A stretch of 64,000 nt of DNA from Collinsella sp. (GTDB lineage Bacteria; Actinomycetota; Coriobacteriia; Coriobacteriales; Coriobacteriaceae): assembly GCA_019419505.1 (NCBI GenBank), contig DXZS01000024.1, positions 118,477-182,476 of the forward strand, read 5' to 3'. Below are positions 40,832-50,633 of this stretch, piece after piece; within the stretch, counting starts at the first letter, position 1; every line of letters starts with the position of its first letter. The notes under the pieces were generated by a model. It made no database searches and was not told the DNA's origin. It saw nothing but the letters and a program-made list of their open reading frames with translations. Position numbers and translations under genes: made by a program.

Positions 40832-41473
40832 ATGAAACGATCCCTTTACTACCTGCTCTGCGCGATCGCGTGCACGTCCATGGTCGGCGCGACGTTGCCT
40901 ATGGCAGCCATCGCAGAAGCTATGCAGCCTCAAGAAACCGCCGGGCAGCAGGCGCAAGCCGACGCAACGAGCAGCGACGCAGGCAAGGCCGAAGACGGCA
41001 CCAACACAAGCACGACAGCAGATACCGTAGAGGACAGCACCGCAACATCCACCGGCACCAGCGCAGCCAACACGGAAAGCGCTTACGCCACCAATACCGG
41101 CACCACCGCCGCAACCGGCACCCCCGCCCCATCCCTCAGCACCCAGACCAACCCCACACCCGCCGCAATCTCCACCACGTCACAAACCGGCTACGCCCAC
41201 TCCGCAACCGCAAGCCAAAACGGCGTCACCTTCACCGTCTCGTGGAACGACGCCCCCGCGGGCACCGCGACGACCTTCCACGTAACCCAGACCAGCGCCT
41301 CGTCCCAGGCCAAGGCGCGCATGGACGTGTCCACCTATGGGACGGCGGCAGCCAGGAAAGCGTCTGCGATCCGTCGCGCCAGGCATGGGCCAGCTACTAC
41401 AGCCTTCGGGCCCGCGCTCGCGATCGGGCCCAAAGAATCCACGTGGGACCACAATTCACTTGCATGGAGCTAG
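40832..41473 (+). pseudogene. Truncated/frameshifted secreted surface protein
   Basis: Signal peptide and Thr/Ala-rich linker, then a beta-domain that shifts frame near 41335 (RMDVSTY continues as WDGGSQESVCDPSRQAWASYYSL) and ends shortly after. Confidence 0.6.
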
Positions 41474-41588
41474 CGAAGGTGCCTATCCCAAATCAGAAAT
41501 GGTAAAACCAGCAGCAGCGCGATGCAGAGGGGCGCGGCCAGCAGAGTGACCACGCCCGAGTTGATGCGCTCGCGAATTTCTTGGGGGC

Positions 41589-41648
41589 TCAAGAGATGAG
41601 CTCGTTCACGCGCTTTTGCACAGACGCATAGAGGCTTCCGAGCTTCTT
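41589..41648 (-). pseudogene. Remnant of a Cpl-7 (CW_7) cell-wall-binding repeat
   Basis: Manual translation KKLGSLYASVQKRVNELIS* matches the second half of the CW_7 repeat; the first half is missing. Confidence 0.55.
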
Positions 41649-41724
41649 TGAATAGCCGGCGCGCCCCTGCTATGCGTCATACACGTTGCAATTGCCCCTA
41701 CCTAGAAAGTGTATGGCACTTCGG

Positions 41725-42861
41725 TCAATCGCCGTTACGCTTTGGCCTACCTAGAACCGCAATCACGACGTTAACAAACACAAGCGCTGTTCCCAGCAGG
41801 AATAGCGCCAGGGAGGCGGCGATCCAGTTGCCGTCGGCGGTCTTGGGGAGCGTGACGGTGGAGACGCCAGCAGTCTTGGCCTTGGATGGCGTGGACGCCA
41901 TGGTCTTGGTCACGGTCGTTTTGGTTGTCGTGATTGTCTTGGGCGTCGCAGCCGCGGGCTTTAGGACAGGATCCGTCGCGGACCCGGCACCGGGCCGCTC
42001 AACGGCAGGACCGGCACCGCCGGCCGGCTCGCCCGCGCCGCCGGGCACTTCGCGCCCGTCGGTCTCCCCCGGCGGCGCCGTGGCGCCCTGGGGCTCGATC
42101 ACCACATGCGGCGCCATGTCGCCGGAAGCATTCGCCACGCCGCCGGCACCGAAGGCCCCTCCCGCAGGCGCCACGAACCGCGCAGACACAAGCGACCCAC
42201 CCAGACAAGCAACGCCGCCGTCGGCACCGGCCGCATCGAGCCACGAGGCATCGACGGAAAGCCGACAGCCGGCGTCACCATCGCCAAGGCCCGCATCCTG
42301 CAGATACACGCCGTAGGCGCGCACGCCCGCTCCGGACCCGGCGCCCGCGGCAACGACGCGCCCGCCGCCGCGCACGGCCATGTCGCCAGCGATCACGCCG
42401 GCGACCGCCTCGTCCGTAATATTGGCCCCGTCTGCCCGGGCATCGACGGTGCAGCCGTCCACCACGAGCGCCTGCGAAACGTGGATCCCGCACTGCGAGC
42501 CCGTCGCCGTTAGGGTCCCAGTACCGCGAAGCATCAGGTTGCCCCACACCTCCATGCCGCACAGCGTGATGTCCGCATCGGGCGCATGTGACTGCGTCAC
42601 GGAGTTTTGCCCGGCAAGCGTCAGCACCAGGTCGCCCTCGGCGTCGATGGCCTCGCCCGCGTAGCCCTTAAGCTCCAGGTGGTCGGCATCGGTCCAGGCC
42701 CAGCCGGGGCCCGACACGCCCGGCACGTAGTACGTCGCGCCCGCGATGATGAGGCTCTCCGCGCCCGCGGCGTAAGAAGGCCCGCCCAGCAAAACGCATA
42801 GGCAGGCCATGGCAGCGATCGCGATGTGATGACGGCTGGTGTGGGACTTGGCAGCAAACAT
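41725..42861 (-). CDS. Sortase-anchored surface protein (LPKTA)
   Basis: N-terminal signal peptide, beta-rich domain, Pro/Thr/Lys linker, LPKTAD + TM + RPKR tail. Confidence 0.8.
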   Translation of the reverse strand: MFAAKSHTSRHHIAIAAMACLCVLLGGPSYAAGAESLIIAGATYYVPGVSGPGWAWTDADHLELKGYAGEAIDAEGDLVLTLAGQNSVTQSHAPDADITLCGMEVWGNLMLRGTGTLTATGSQCGIHVSQALVVDGCTVDARADGANITDEAVAGVIAGDMAVRGGGRVVAAGAGSGAGVRAYGVYLQDAGLGDGDAGCRLSVDASWLDAAGADGGVACLGGSLVSARFVAPAGGAFGAGGVANASGDMAPHVVIEPQGATAPPGETDGREVPGGAGEPAGGAGPAVERPGAGSATDPVLKPAAATPKTITTTKTTVTKTMASTPSKAKTAGVSTVTLPKTADGNWIAASLALFLLGTALVFVNVVIAVLGRPKRNGD

Positions 42862-43225
42862 ACCCGCTCCGATCTTCGCAGGAGCCAATAGAATGTGCAC
42901 CAGAAAATGCCCTGGTAGCAGCAGTTATTAGTTTAGCGAGATCGATGCGGGGGCAAAGATAAATCGCGTGGGTAATGTCGACAATTAGGTGTAAATCGTT
43001 TTGCCAGTCGGTGAAAGGAGGAATGCAGGGTTATGCGTTAAGACGCGCTATCTTTGACACTCACGTTGCATATAGCTTCTGGGAATCTACTACCCGTTCC
43101 AGTTTGCTTCACCTTCCGCTCGCATCAGAGCGCGCCAAAGCTCACTGAGTCGCTAACTCGCTGTAATTAGCGAAGACGATCCCCCCCTCTATCCTGGATA
43201 AGACATGTAAAACCGATTTTATTAT

Positions 43226-43735
43226 TCAGACCCTGTTGTTTATATATTCGTCTGTTGCCCCATCTCGAGAAATGATTTTGCATGGGTGCCCAATCACAAT
43301 CGAATGGCTTGGTACGTCGCAGTTAACATAAGTGTTCGGTGCAACGAGAACGTCGTTGCCTAAACGAACGCCACCAACAATAGTTGAGTTGACACCAAGC
43401 CAAACGCAATCGCCAAGAACAGGCGCACCTTTTCGTTTGCCGCGGTTTTCCCGACCAATTGTCACACCTTTGTGCATATTGCAGTTGCGACCGATAACGG
43501 CATTCGGGTTTACCGTAATGCCAAAAGCGTGACCCAGATACAAGCCTTCGCCAATCGAGGTGGCAGGCGCGATCTCGAGACCATATTTGCAAGCCATCCT
43601 CTTTCGAAAAAGATGCCATAAAGGATTGTGCGAATTCTGGCACTTTCGAAGTAGCCAAACAAACCTCAAAGCATGGTTTGAGAGAATAGACCCCCCCCCA
43701 AAGCGAATACGGTCACTGCTGTATACATTCGACAT
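43226..43735 (-). CDS. Left-handed beta-helix O-acetyltransferase (serine acetyltransferase-like, capsule modification)
   Basis: IGEGLYLGH, HKGVTIG, PVLGDCVWLG, DVPSHSIVIGHP; contains a G9 tract near the 5' end. Confidence 0.85.
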   Translation of the reverse strand: MSNVYSSDRIRFGGGSILSNHALRFVWLLRKCQNSHNPLWHLFRKRMACKYGLEIAPATSIGEGLYLGHAFGITVNPNAVIGRNCNMHKGVTIGRENRGKRKGAPVLGDCVWLGVNSTIVGGVRLGNDVLVAPNTYVNCDVPSHSIVIGHPCKIISRDGATDEYINNRV

Positions 43736-43748
43736 TGCTATCACCCAG

Positions 43749-44789
43749 CTAATTCCCGTAGAACTCGCGATACCACTTCGCGAATTCACGAAGACCGTCC
43801 TCGAGCGGCGTTGCGGGTTTGTAACCAAAATCGCGCTCCAAGGCGCCAGTATCCGCATAGGTTACAGGCACGTCACCAGGCTGCATAGGAACGAGCTGCT
43901 TATGCGCCTCGAAATCGTAATCGGCGGGGAGCACGCCCTCCTCAACCAGCACACGCTGCAGCGTATCAACGAAGATCAGCAAGTTCTCGGGATTCGAATT
44001 GCCGATGTTATACACGCGATGAGCGGCCATTGGCAAACCATCAACACCGATCTTGACCTCAGGAGCGCCGTCCATGACCCTGCGCACGCCCTCCACAATA
44101 TCGTCCACGTACGTAAAGTCGCGCTTACAATCGCCCATGTTGAAAATCTTAATCGTATCGCCACGACGCAACTTCTCGGTGAAGCCGAAGTATGCCATGT
44201 CGGGCCTTCCCATGGGCCCATACACCGTAAAGAAGCGCAGGCCCGTGGCTGGGATGGAGTAAAGCTTGGAGTAGGCCGCGGCCATTAGCTCGTTGGACTT
44301 CTTTGTGGCGGCGTACAGGCTCACCGGAGAGTCTACACGGTCGTCCTCCGAGAAAGGCACTTTCTCGTTGCCGCCGTAGACGGAGGAAGAGCTCGCGTAG
44401 ACAAGATGCTTCACCGGGTGGCGCCTGCAAGCCTCCAATATATTGAAGAACCCTACCAGGTTGCTGTCTATGTAGGCCTTGGGGTTCTCGATGGAGTATC
44501 GCACACCGGCCTGGGCGGCCAAGTTCACCACAACGTCGAAGCCGTTCTCAGCGAACAGGCGCTCTATCAACGCGGCATCGCACAGGTCGCCGCGCACGAA
44601 GGCGAAACGCCCCGCCTTGTCCACCTCCGCCAGCATTCGCAGGCGAGCCTCCTTGATGCCAGGGTCGTAGTAGCTGTTCACGTTGTCCAGACCGATGATC
44701 GCGTCGTCGGTGGTTTCGAGCAGCCGCTTCACCAGAAACGCCCCGATGAAGCCGGCGGCGCCAGTGACGAGGACTTTTCTATCCTGCAT
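43749..44789 (-). CDS. UDP-glucuronate 4-epimerase-type SDR
   Basis: TGAAGFIG, NLAAQAGVRYS, YAATKK, RFFTVYGPMGRPDMA, MQPGDV. Confidence 0.9.
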   Translation of the reverse strand: MQDRKVLVTGAAGFIGAFLVKRLLETTDDAIIGLDNVNSYYDPGIKEARLRMLAEVDKAGRFAFVRGDLCDAALIERLFAENGFDVVVNLAAQAGVRYSIENPKAYIDSNLVGFFNILEACRRHPVKHLVYASSSSVYGGNEKVPFSEDDRVDSPVSLYAATKKSNELMAAAYSKLYSIPATGLRFFTVYGPMGRPDMAYFGFTEKLRRGDTIKIFNMGDCKRDFTYVDDIVEGVRRVMDGAPEVKIGVDGLPMAAHRVYNIGNSNPENLLIFVDTLQRVLVEEGVLPADYDFEAHKQLVPMQPGDVPVTYADTGALERDFGYKPATPLEDGLREFAKWYREFYGN

Positions 44790-44855
44790 ATATACCCCAC
44801 TCTTTCGTTTTAAGGAAGTCCTGAGATGGAACTCCCAACAAGTTAATTACAGACC

Positions 44856-46322
44856 TCAAAACGTTTTAAAGCCGCCGCCCTTGACCAGCTTCAGCAGCAC
44901 CCTCCTACTCTTGGGCAAAGCAAAGCAAATCGCGAAATAGACAACGACGCACCCTACAATGTCCAACCCGACGCCAAGCCAGTTGCTAGATGCGAGTCCA
45001 TACGTCACCCATGCAAATGCGCACATCATCGATGTGCAGAAAATGGGCTCCTTGAGCGACAACATAGTGCGCCCAAACGAAAGGCCAACCACGAAATATG
45101 TGACCACTTGGTTGATAGCAATCAAAAGGATTCTCAATCCCGCATCAGCCCACACGACGGCATCGAACCCTTGCATAGCCGCCACGGTCATAAGCGGCGT
45201 CATCAACACGAGGTACATCACCTGCACAAGCGTAGACACGCGCGGTTTACCAAGAGAGCGATACATCTCGCTGCTGTAGTATGAGAGCAGCACCATCGGC
45301 CCCTGCACCAGCCCATACAACCCGAACATGAGCGTCGCCTCGCCCCACTGATCGCCGAGCAACAGGGCCACCAAAGGCTCGCGGAATACGAAGATACCCG
45401 CAGACAACGGCAACAGGAACAATGCCACCATGAACTGGAAGCGTCGCAGATAAGCAACGTATTCTTCCCGATCAAACTGAAGGCGCGAAAGTGACGAGAA
45501 CAAGATGGGCGTCGTAGCGTTCGTGATAATCCCGAAGCACCCGCTCACAAAGGTGACTGGCGTCTTGTAATATCCCAACTCAGCCGCACCCAGGAAATGC
45601 CCCACGATAAAGGTGCCCGCCCAAGAGGAAAGCCATATGGTGAACGACTCCAAAAGCGTCCATCCGCTGAATGAGAACATAGCCTTCAGCATGTTGAAGG
45701 AGTAGAAAAAACGCGGCTTCCACTCAGACAGCAGAGTCAGCCCCACTGCATTTACAATATTCGCCGCCAAAGTGCCAACGATAAGTGACCAGTAACCAAA
45801 TCCCATAAACGCCAGTACAAGCGTCGAGCCGAAGTTAAGTAAGGTCGACGTCAGTCTCACCGGCATAAGCGACTTGAAATCGAGATTACGGTGGAACAAC
45901 GCCATCTGAATGCTCGAAAACGACGTCAACGGGAGAGAGAGGCAGGCCACGGCCAAGGGAAAGCCCAGCGACGGGTTGCCCACGAAGGTGGCCACCGGAT
46001 CGTTGAATATGGCAATGAGACACCACAGGACCACCGATATGCCGAAGTTCGTCCAAAAGGCCACGTTAGCGTTGGCATGCAGGTCTTTTTTGTCTCGGAA
46101 GCTGTGTTGCACCAGGTACTTCTGGAACCCGGCGTCCGCGAACATGTCGGCAAAGCTCACTACCATGGTGACGGTCGCCACCATGCCAAACGCCTCTGGC
46201 GCCAGCAGCCTCGCTAAGACGAGCTGCGAGATAGGCGAGATGATTTTGGCGATAATCTCGGTTGCCAGAGACCACTTTGCCGCGCTTGCCGACCTCGCCC
46301 GGAGGTCTTTTGTGTCGGACAT
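44856..46322 (-). CDS. wzx: Wzx-type polysaccharide flippase
   Basis: LARLLAPEAFG motif, many TM segments, capsule-locus context. Confidence 0.9.
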   Translation of the reverse strand: MSDTKDLRARSASAAKWSLATEIIAKIISPISQLVLARLLAPEAFGMVATVTMVVSFADMFADAGFQKYLVQHSFRDKKDLHANANVAFWTNFGISVVLWCLIAIFNDPVATFVGNPSLGFPLAVACLSLPLTSFSSIQMALFHRNLDFKSLMPVRLTSTLLNFGSTLVLAFMGFGYWSLIVGTLAANIVNAVGLTLLSEWKPRFFYSFNMLKAMFSFSGWTLLESFTIWLSSWAGTFIVGHFLGAAELGYYKTPVTFVSGCFGIITNATTPILFSSLSRLQFDREEYVAYLRRFQFMVALFLLPLSAGIFVFREPLVALLLGDQWGEATLMFGLYGLVQGPMVLLSYYSSEMYRSLGKPRVSTLVQVMYLVLMTPLMTVAAMQGFDAVVWADAGLRILLIAINQVVTYFVVGLSFGRTMLSLKEPIFCTSMMCAFAWVTYGLASSNWLGVGLDIVGCVVVYFAICFALPKSRRVLLKLVKGGGFKTF

Positions 46323-46406
46323 ACTAAACCTCCATGAAGAAACGCCGGAGCGCGCTTACTGGCTGATTATCCATGCGCACGCACTGAATGCAGCTTTCGT
46401 TTGCCA

Positions 46407-47354
46407 TCATTCCTCGTTTTCACGTTGGGGCAAAGAAACCATTTGCCCCAACGTCCTCTCCGCCTCAGCGGGGCTGAAAGGCGTAAACCCGCCCCACGGG
46501 TAGAAAGTCAGCTCGCCGACGAGAACGCGCCCCTTGCAGATGAAGAGGTCGACCCTCAAGAAAGGTACACCGTCACTCAGTTTCCTTGATAGCTCGAGCA
46601 TCTCGCTGAGCTGCTCCGGGGCAGGGATCGTCTCTTCGGAACTCGCGTATCCCATCGCCAAAGGCAGCAGATTCCACTCAGTGTCGTAGAAATCGTTGTA
46701 CCTCTTCTCAGAATCGTTCTTGTCCCCGTGGCAATAAGAAATCAGCCGGGGTTCCCCGTCAAAGCAGAAGAAGTCGAACTCGTCGATGCCTTCCCAGTTA
46801 TCGTCTTCATCACGGGCATTATCGCCCTCGCTCTCCAAGAACTCCTCGGCGAACACGACGGGCTTCACGTTCTTGTAAGGCCATTCCCTGCACCCGTAAA
46901 AATAATTCTGCTTCAAATGACCCCGAAAAAAGTCCTTGGCACTGTTGAGATCGAAGTGTCCCTTGTCAGTGCAGATGAGCACGCCGCCGCAGTCGTGATT
47001 CGTTTTGAGTACGAACTTCTCCGGTAGCCCACTCACATCGATGTCATCAGCGGAATTCCAGGCGCCCAACGTCTTGACCACGTGCTCGGAGCCCACACGC
47101 GAGGCAATGAGGTCCTTAGCGCGGTACTTGTCGACCATGGTCGTGTACGCAGGGTTGTGATCGTTAAGCTTCAGCCACTGCATCTTCTCAGTGAAGGTCA
47201 CCGGCGAGTCTATGCTAGGCCACATGCCCAACTTGGCGCGATGCATCAATCGAAGGTGCGTCCTGTCGGAAACCCATTTCGTTAGACCCTTCGACGTAAA
47301 GGCACAGTAGGCCATCCACGGGTCACTTAGGTATTTTTTAATTTTGCTTTCCAT
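46407..47354 (-). CDS. TupA-like ATP-grasp amidoligase
   Basis: PVTFTEKMQWLKL, DKY, LKTNHDCG, FFCFDGEP, LRVDLF, GELTFYP. Confidence 0.88.
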   Translation of the reverse strand: MESKIKKYLSDPWMAYCAFTSKGLTKWVSDRTHLRLMHRAKLGMWPSIDSPVTFTEKMQWLKLNDHNPAYTTMVDKYRAKDLIASRVGSEHVVKTLGAWNSADDIDVSGLPEKFVLKTNHDCGGVLICTDKGHFDLNSAKDFFRGHLKQNYFYGCREWPYKNVKPVVFAEEFLESEGDNARDEDDNWEGIDEFDFFCFDGEPRLISYCHGDKNDSEKRYNDFYDTEWNLLPLAMGYASSEETIPAPEQLSEMLELSRKLSDGVPFLRVDLFICKGRVLVGELTFYPWGGFTPFSPAEAERTLGQMVSLPQRENEE

Positions 47355-47497
47355 ATATACAATTTCCTTAAGTCCGAGCTTAAACAAAGCGTTTTACTTT
47401 TTAATTCTCTGCGCTACACATGGAACAAGCCCTGGGCGTATGCAAACCACCAACGTAGACTTTGCTCGTATATGCCCGAAACGGTTTCGGGCACTAT

Positions 47498-48586
47498 TTA
47501 CCCCATCCAGACGAACGAATAAGACTCGATACCAAGCCCGGTATGAAGCAGATAGGCATAAAAGGCGTAGAAAAGGAACCAGACAACTAGAAAACAGCCA
47601 AGACAAAAACGGGCTTTTATTTTCCGAGCGTCCTTCACGAAGCCTCCGAAAATCACGGGGCCTAATACGGTGAAGTAATAGGCTATGCGGCCGGCGTTGG
47701 CAATCACATAAGAGGACGCCGAAGCCAAAATGCCTAAAGCGTAAAACACGAGCGGCATCCGGTTGGCTTTGAGCCGCGACGTTTCGTCGCTCTCAACCGG
47801 GGCAACATTCGCAGTTTCGCGGCTGACGAAATATGCGATCGCGAGGACGGTCGCCTGCGCAAAAACCATCAACCCGATGCTCGATTCGTTCACGGAGTAA
47901 CGCGCATACCGGTCGACGAGCTTAGAGCCCGCATAAGCTGCCAGGAACAGCAGGGCAACCGATGCAAGCATCTTCGCGGCGAACTGCGATCGGCTCTTGC
48001 TTTTGTTGGAAAATAGGTAGTAGATGAGGAATAGGACCCCTATCAGGGCGGACGCGTGCAAAAGAGCGCCAACAGCCCACCAAGCGCAAAAAAGCAACGG
48101 CTTATTCTGTTCTAAAAACCTGGTTGCGTAGAAAACCAGCGAGACTGCAATCATCTGGCACGTCAGACACATAGACAGCGGGAACACCGTTGCCGTATAG
48201 ACGAACATCGCAAACGAGAGCGATGCCGTTCGTCTAAAATCCCAAAGCCTGAAAGCAAAAAAGGCGTTGGTGATCAGCGACTCGACGACGAGCAAGAACG
48301 AGTAATTGTTACAGATATGGAGCACCGCACTTGTGAAGACACCGTACGGAACGCTGAACGTATGGTTCCACATCGTGGTCCCATACGCGTAGAAGTACTC
48401 GATTCCCTCTTTATAACCCAGGGTATCCTGCCCAACCGCATACGACCTCAAGCCCCCGACGGCGGTAAGAAGAACCACGGCAGCGACCAGCCCAGCCTTA
48501 CTTTTGCCGTTTTCCGACATGCGCGCAAGCGCCGCTGAAAGCAAAACGACAAGAAAGTAGAAAAGCGATGTTTCGATAAAGTTCAT
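47498..48586 (-). CDS. wzy: EpsG-family Wzy polymerase
   Basis: GLRSYAVGQDT..Y, LHASAL, GRIAYYF; multi-TM. Confidence 0.85.
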   Translation of the reverse strand: MNFIETSLFYFLVVLLSAALARMSENGKSKAGLVAAVVLLTAVGGLRSYAVGQDTLGYKEGIEYFYAYGTTMWNHTFSVPYGVFTSAVLHICNNYSFLLVVESLITNAFFAFRLWDFRRTASLSFAMFVYTATVFPLSMCLTCQMIAVSLVFYATRFLEQNKPLLFCAWWAVGALLHASALIGVLFLIYYLFSNKSKSRSQFAAKMLASVALLFLAAYAGSKLVDRYARYSVNESSIGLMVFAQATVLAIAYFVSRETANVAPVESDETSRLKANRMPLVFYALGILASASSYVIANAGRIAYYFTVLGPVIFGGFVKDARKIKARFCLGCFLVVWFLFYAFYAYLLHTGLGIESYSFVWMG

Positions 48587-49686
48587 CCGAATACCAGCCT
48601 CACGAAACCGGGAAGCTCCGAATTGATTTCATAGCCCGAGCCTTTCAAATCCCTCGCACTGGCGCTTGACCCTATGCGATCCGCGGAGAGCGCGGCGTCG
48701 GCCCATTCGTCCAGAGCGTCGCCCAGACTTTTGTAAACGACGTTCTCGCAAATGCCAACCTCCCGCGTGATGGAGTCGCTAATCACGCAAGGGAGTCCGT
48801 TTGCCTGCGCCTCGACGACGACGTTCGGCAGGCCTTCGTAGACAGAGGGGAAGATGAAGACGTCCATAGCCGAATAGAGACGGCGGACATCGCTCCTAAC
48901 CCCGGCAAACACCACCCTATCGGTCAATCCGAGCTCGGCAACGCGCCTCTCAACGGCCGTGCGTGTCTCGCCTTTGCCGACGAGAATGAGGACGGCGTCT
49001 GGCCTTCTCCGGGCGATTTCAGCAAAAACATCGACAAGGAAGAGGTGGTTCTTCTGCTCACTGAACCTCCCGACGTGCCCGACGACATAGGACTCGGCAG
49101 GAACGCCCAGTTCGCGCTTAACATCGTCCCGTGTCGAAGCGTCATAGGCGTAGTCCTCGAGGTTGAGCGCGTTCTTCATGAGATGGAAACGCGGCCCCGA
49201 TACCCCCGCCTTGCCGAACATGTAGACGCCCGCCTCGGTAGACGGGGCGGCGAAGTCGGTCGCCGCAACCCTGACAAGGGGCTTGAAAAGATTGTGCAGC
49301 AGGGTCTCCTTTTTGCTGTTCGAAACTGTACCCGTGTTGCTTGACCTGAATATGGTTCTGGACACGCCTCCGAATCTCATGGCGAGCAAATCAAGACAGG
49401 AAAGACTGTGCTGAGACGACCTGACAGCACAGCAATAACCGCCGTCCCGGGCTATCTGCATGAGCCGCTTGAACGAAGCGACCGGCCCGGCCTCGGTCTT
49501 CTTGACTGTGTGCACAATTCTGCCGCCCATCGACTCGATTTCGGCGTCGTAAAAGCCCGGCACGTCGGACGACACACAGAAGTCGAGCTGATAGCGCGAC
49601 TTGTCCAAAGCCCGGTAATACTTCATGAATACCGTCTCGGCCCCGCCGGTGTCCATCGAGGTCACGATATAGAGGGCCTTCTTCAT
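48583..49686 (-). CDS. GT4 glycosyltransferase (EpsF-like)
   Basis: GGAET, GHVGRFSEQKNH, FPSVYEGLPNVVVEAQ. Confidence 0.9.
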   Translation of the reverse strand: MKKALYIVTSMDTGGAETVFMKYYRALDKSRYQLDFCVSSDVPGFYDAEIESMGGRIVHTVKKTEAGPVASFKRLMQIARDGGYCCAVRSSQHSLSCLDLLAMRFGGVSRTIFRSSNTGTVSNSKKETLLHNLFKPLVRVAATDFAAPSTEAGVYMFGKAGVSGPRFHLMKNALNLEDYAYDASTRDDVKRELGVPAESYVVGHVGRFSEQKNHLFLVDVFAEIARRRPDAVLILVGKGETRTAVERRVAELGLTDRVVFAGVRSDVRRLYSAMDVFIFPSVYEGLPNVVVEAQANGLPCVISDSITREVGICENVVYKSLGDALDEWADAALSADRIGSSASARDLKGSGYEINSELPGFVRLVFG

Positions 49687-50633
49687 TGGACGATCACCGC
49701 ATCGGATTTCTCGATCAGCTTCTGCAGCGCCTTTTTAGCAATCGCCTTCCTGCGGTTGGCCGGAGATTCCTGATAGCGCTCGTATACCTCGGCCTTCACC
49801 GCGAACCTTGCGTCGCCTGAAAGATCCGCCATTGCGCGGAGCTGCGCTATATGTAGATGATGGTAGGCGGGAGAGGCGATACGCTTTTCCATGTCGTAAT
49901 AAGACCAGAAGCCGGCGTCGTAGTCATCCAAATGGCAAGCCAACGTCTCCGCAGAGTGCTTGAATGGCCCGGCGAAGCGCGCGTCGACCAACGATGCGTC
50001 ATAGAGACCGAAAAGGCTAAACACCCAACCGTTCATGACACTGCGCCTGGGGCGTTGAGGGTACTCCTCCAGGAACAGTTCTCCCCCGTCATGCGACGAC
50101 ACGCCGCCATTGTCCATGTCGATAAGCATGAACTCGGCAGCTTTCAGCGCCGCAACTCTATAGCACTCGTCCCCGAAAGCCGCATGGGCCCTCAGCAGCA
50201 TCGAGCACCCCTCGCCTTGGGCCATCGAGGAGACGGAGTACTTAGCGCTGCCTATCGGACCAAATGCGTCCCAAGAGCCGTCATCCCGCTGGGCGCCGAT
50301 CGCCCAATCCGAGCATACCCTTAGTGCGTCGAGAAAGCGCTCAACTTCATCCGACCTGAGAATGCTCAAGTCGTAACAGCCCAAACCGTATTGGAAAATG
50401 GCGATGGGGAAATGCACCCGCGCCCCACCGGCGATGACGCTAACAGGGACACCGCCCTCGTCGAGCAGAGTACTGCCAGTGACCTTGCCGGTCAAATCGT
50501 TGTAGTACCCGGACAACTGTCCGACATTATAGGCCCTGCCCATGCTCTGCTCTACGGCCACAGCCGTCTTGCCAGTGAGCATTTTGCTCCACCTTTTGAG
50601 CATGGTCATCTTCTGCGCAATCTGGCCCATCAT
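49683..50633 (-). CDS. D-glucuronyl C5-epimerase family protein
   Basis: PIAIFQYGL, SSMAQGEGCS.L.RA, LEEYP, VMNGWVFSLFGLYD, WSYYD, YHHLHIAQL. Confidence 0.88.
   Translation of the reverse strand: MMGQIAQKMTMLKRWSKMLTGKTAVAVEQSMGRAYNVGQLSGYYNDLTGKVTGSTLLDEGGVPVSVIAGGARVHFPIAIFQYGLGCYDLSILRSDEVERFLDALRVCSDWAIGAQRDDGSWDAFGPIGSAKYSVSSMAQGEGCSMLLRAHAAFGDECYRVAALKAAEFMLIDMDNGGVSSHDGGELFLEEYPQRPRRSVMNGWVFSLFGLYDASLVDARFAGPFKHSAETLACHLDDYDAGFWSYYDMEKRIASPAYHHLHIAQLRAMADLSGDARFAVKAEVYERYQESPANRRKAIAKKALQKLIEKSDAVIVQ

Noticed and set aside
31800..43200. Island as prophage, ICE or transposon
   Set aside because: No integrase, transposase, tRNA target or convincing terminal direct repeats visible in the window.
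42900..43225. Possible ncRNA or origin-like sequence between the surface-protein gene and the capsule end
   Set aside because: Only short hairpins and a C7 run; no recognisable family or sustained structure.
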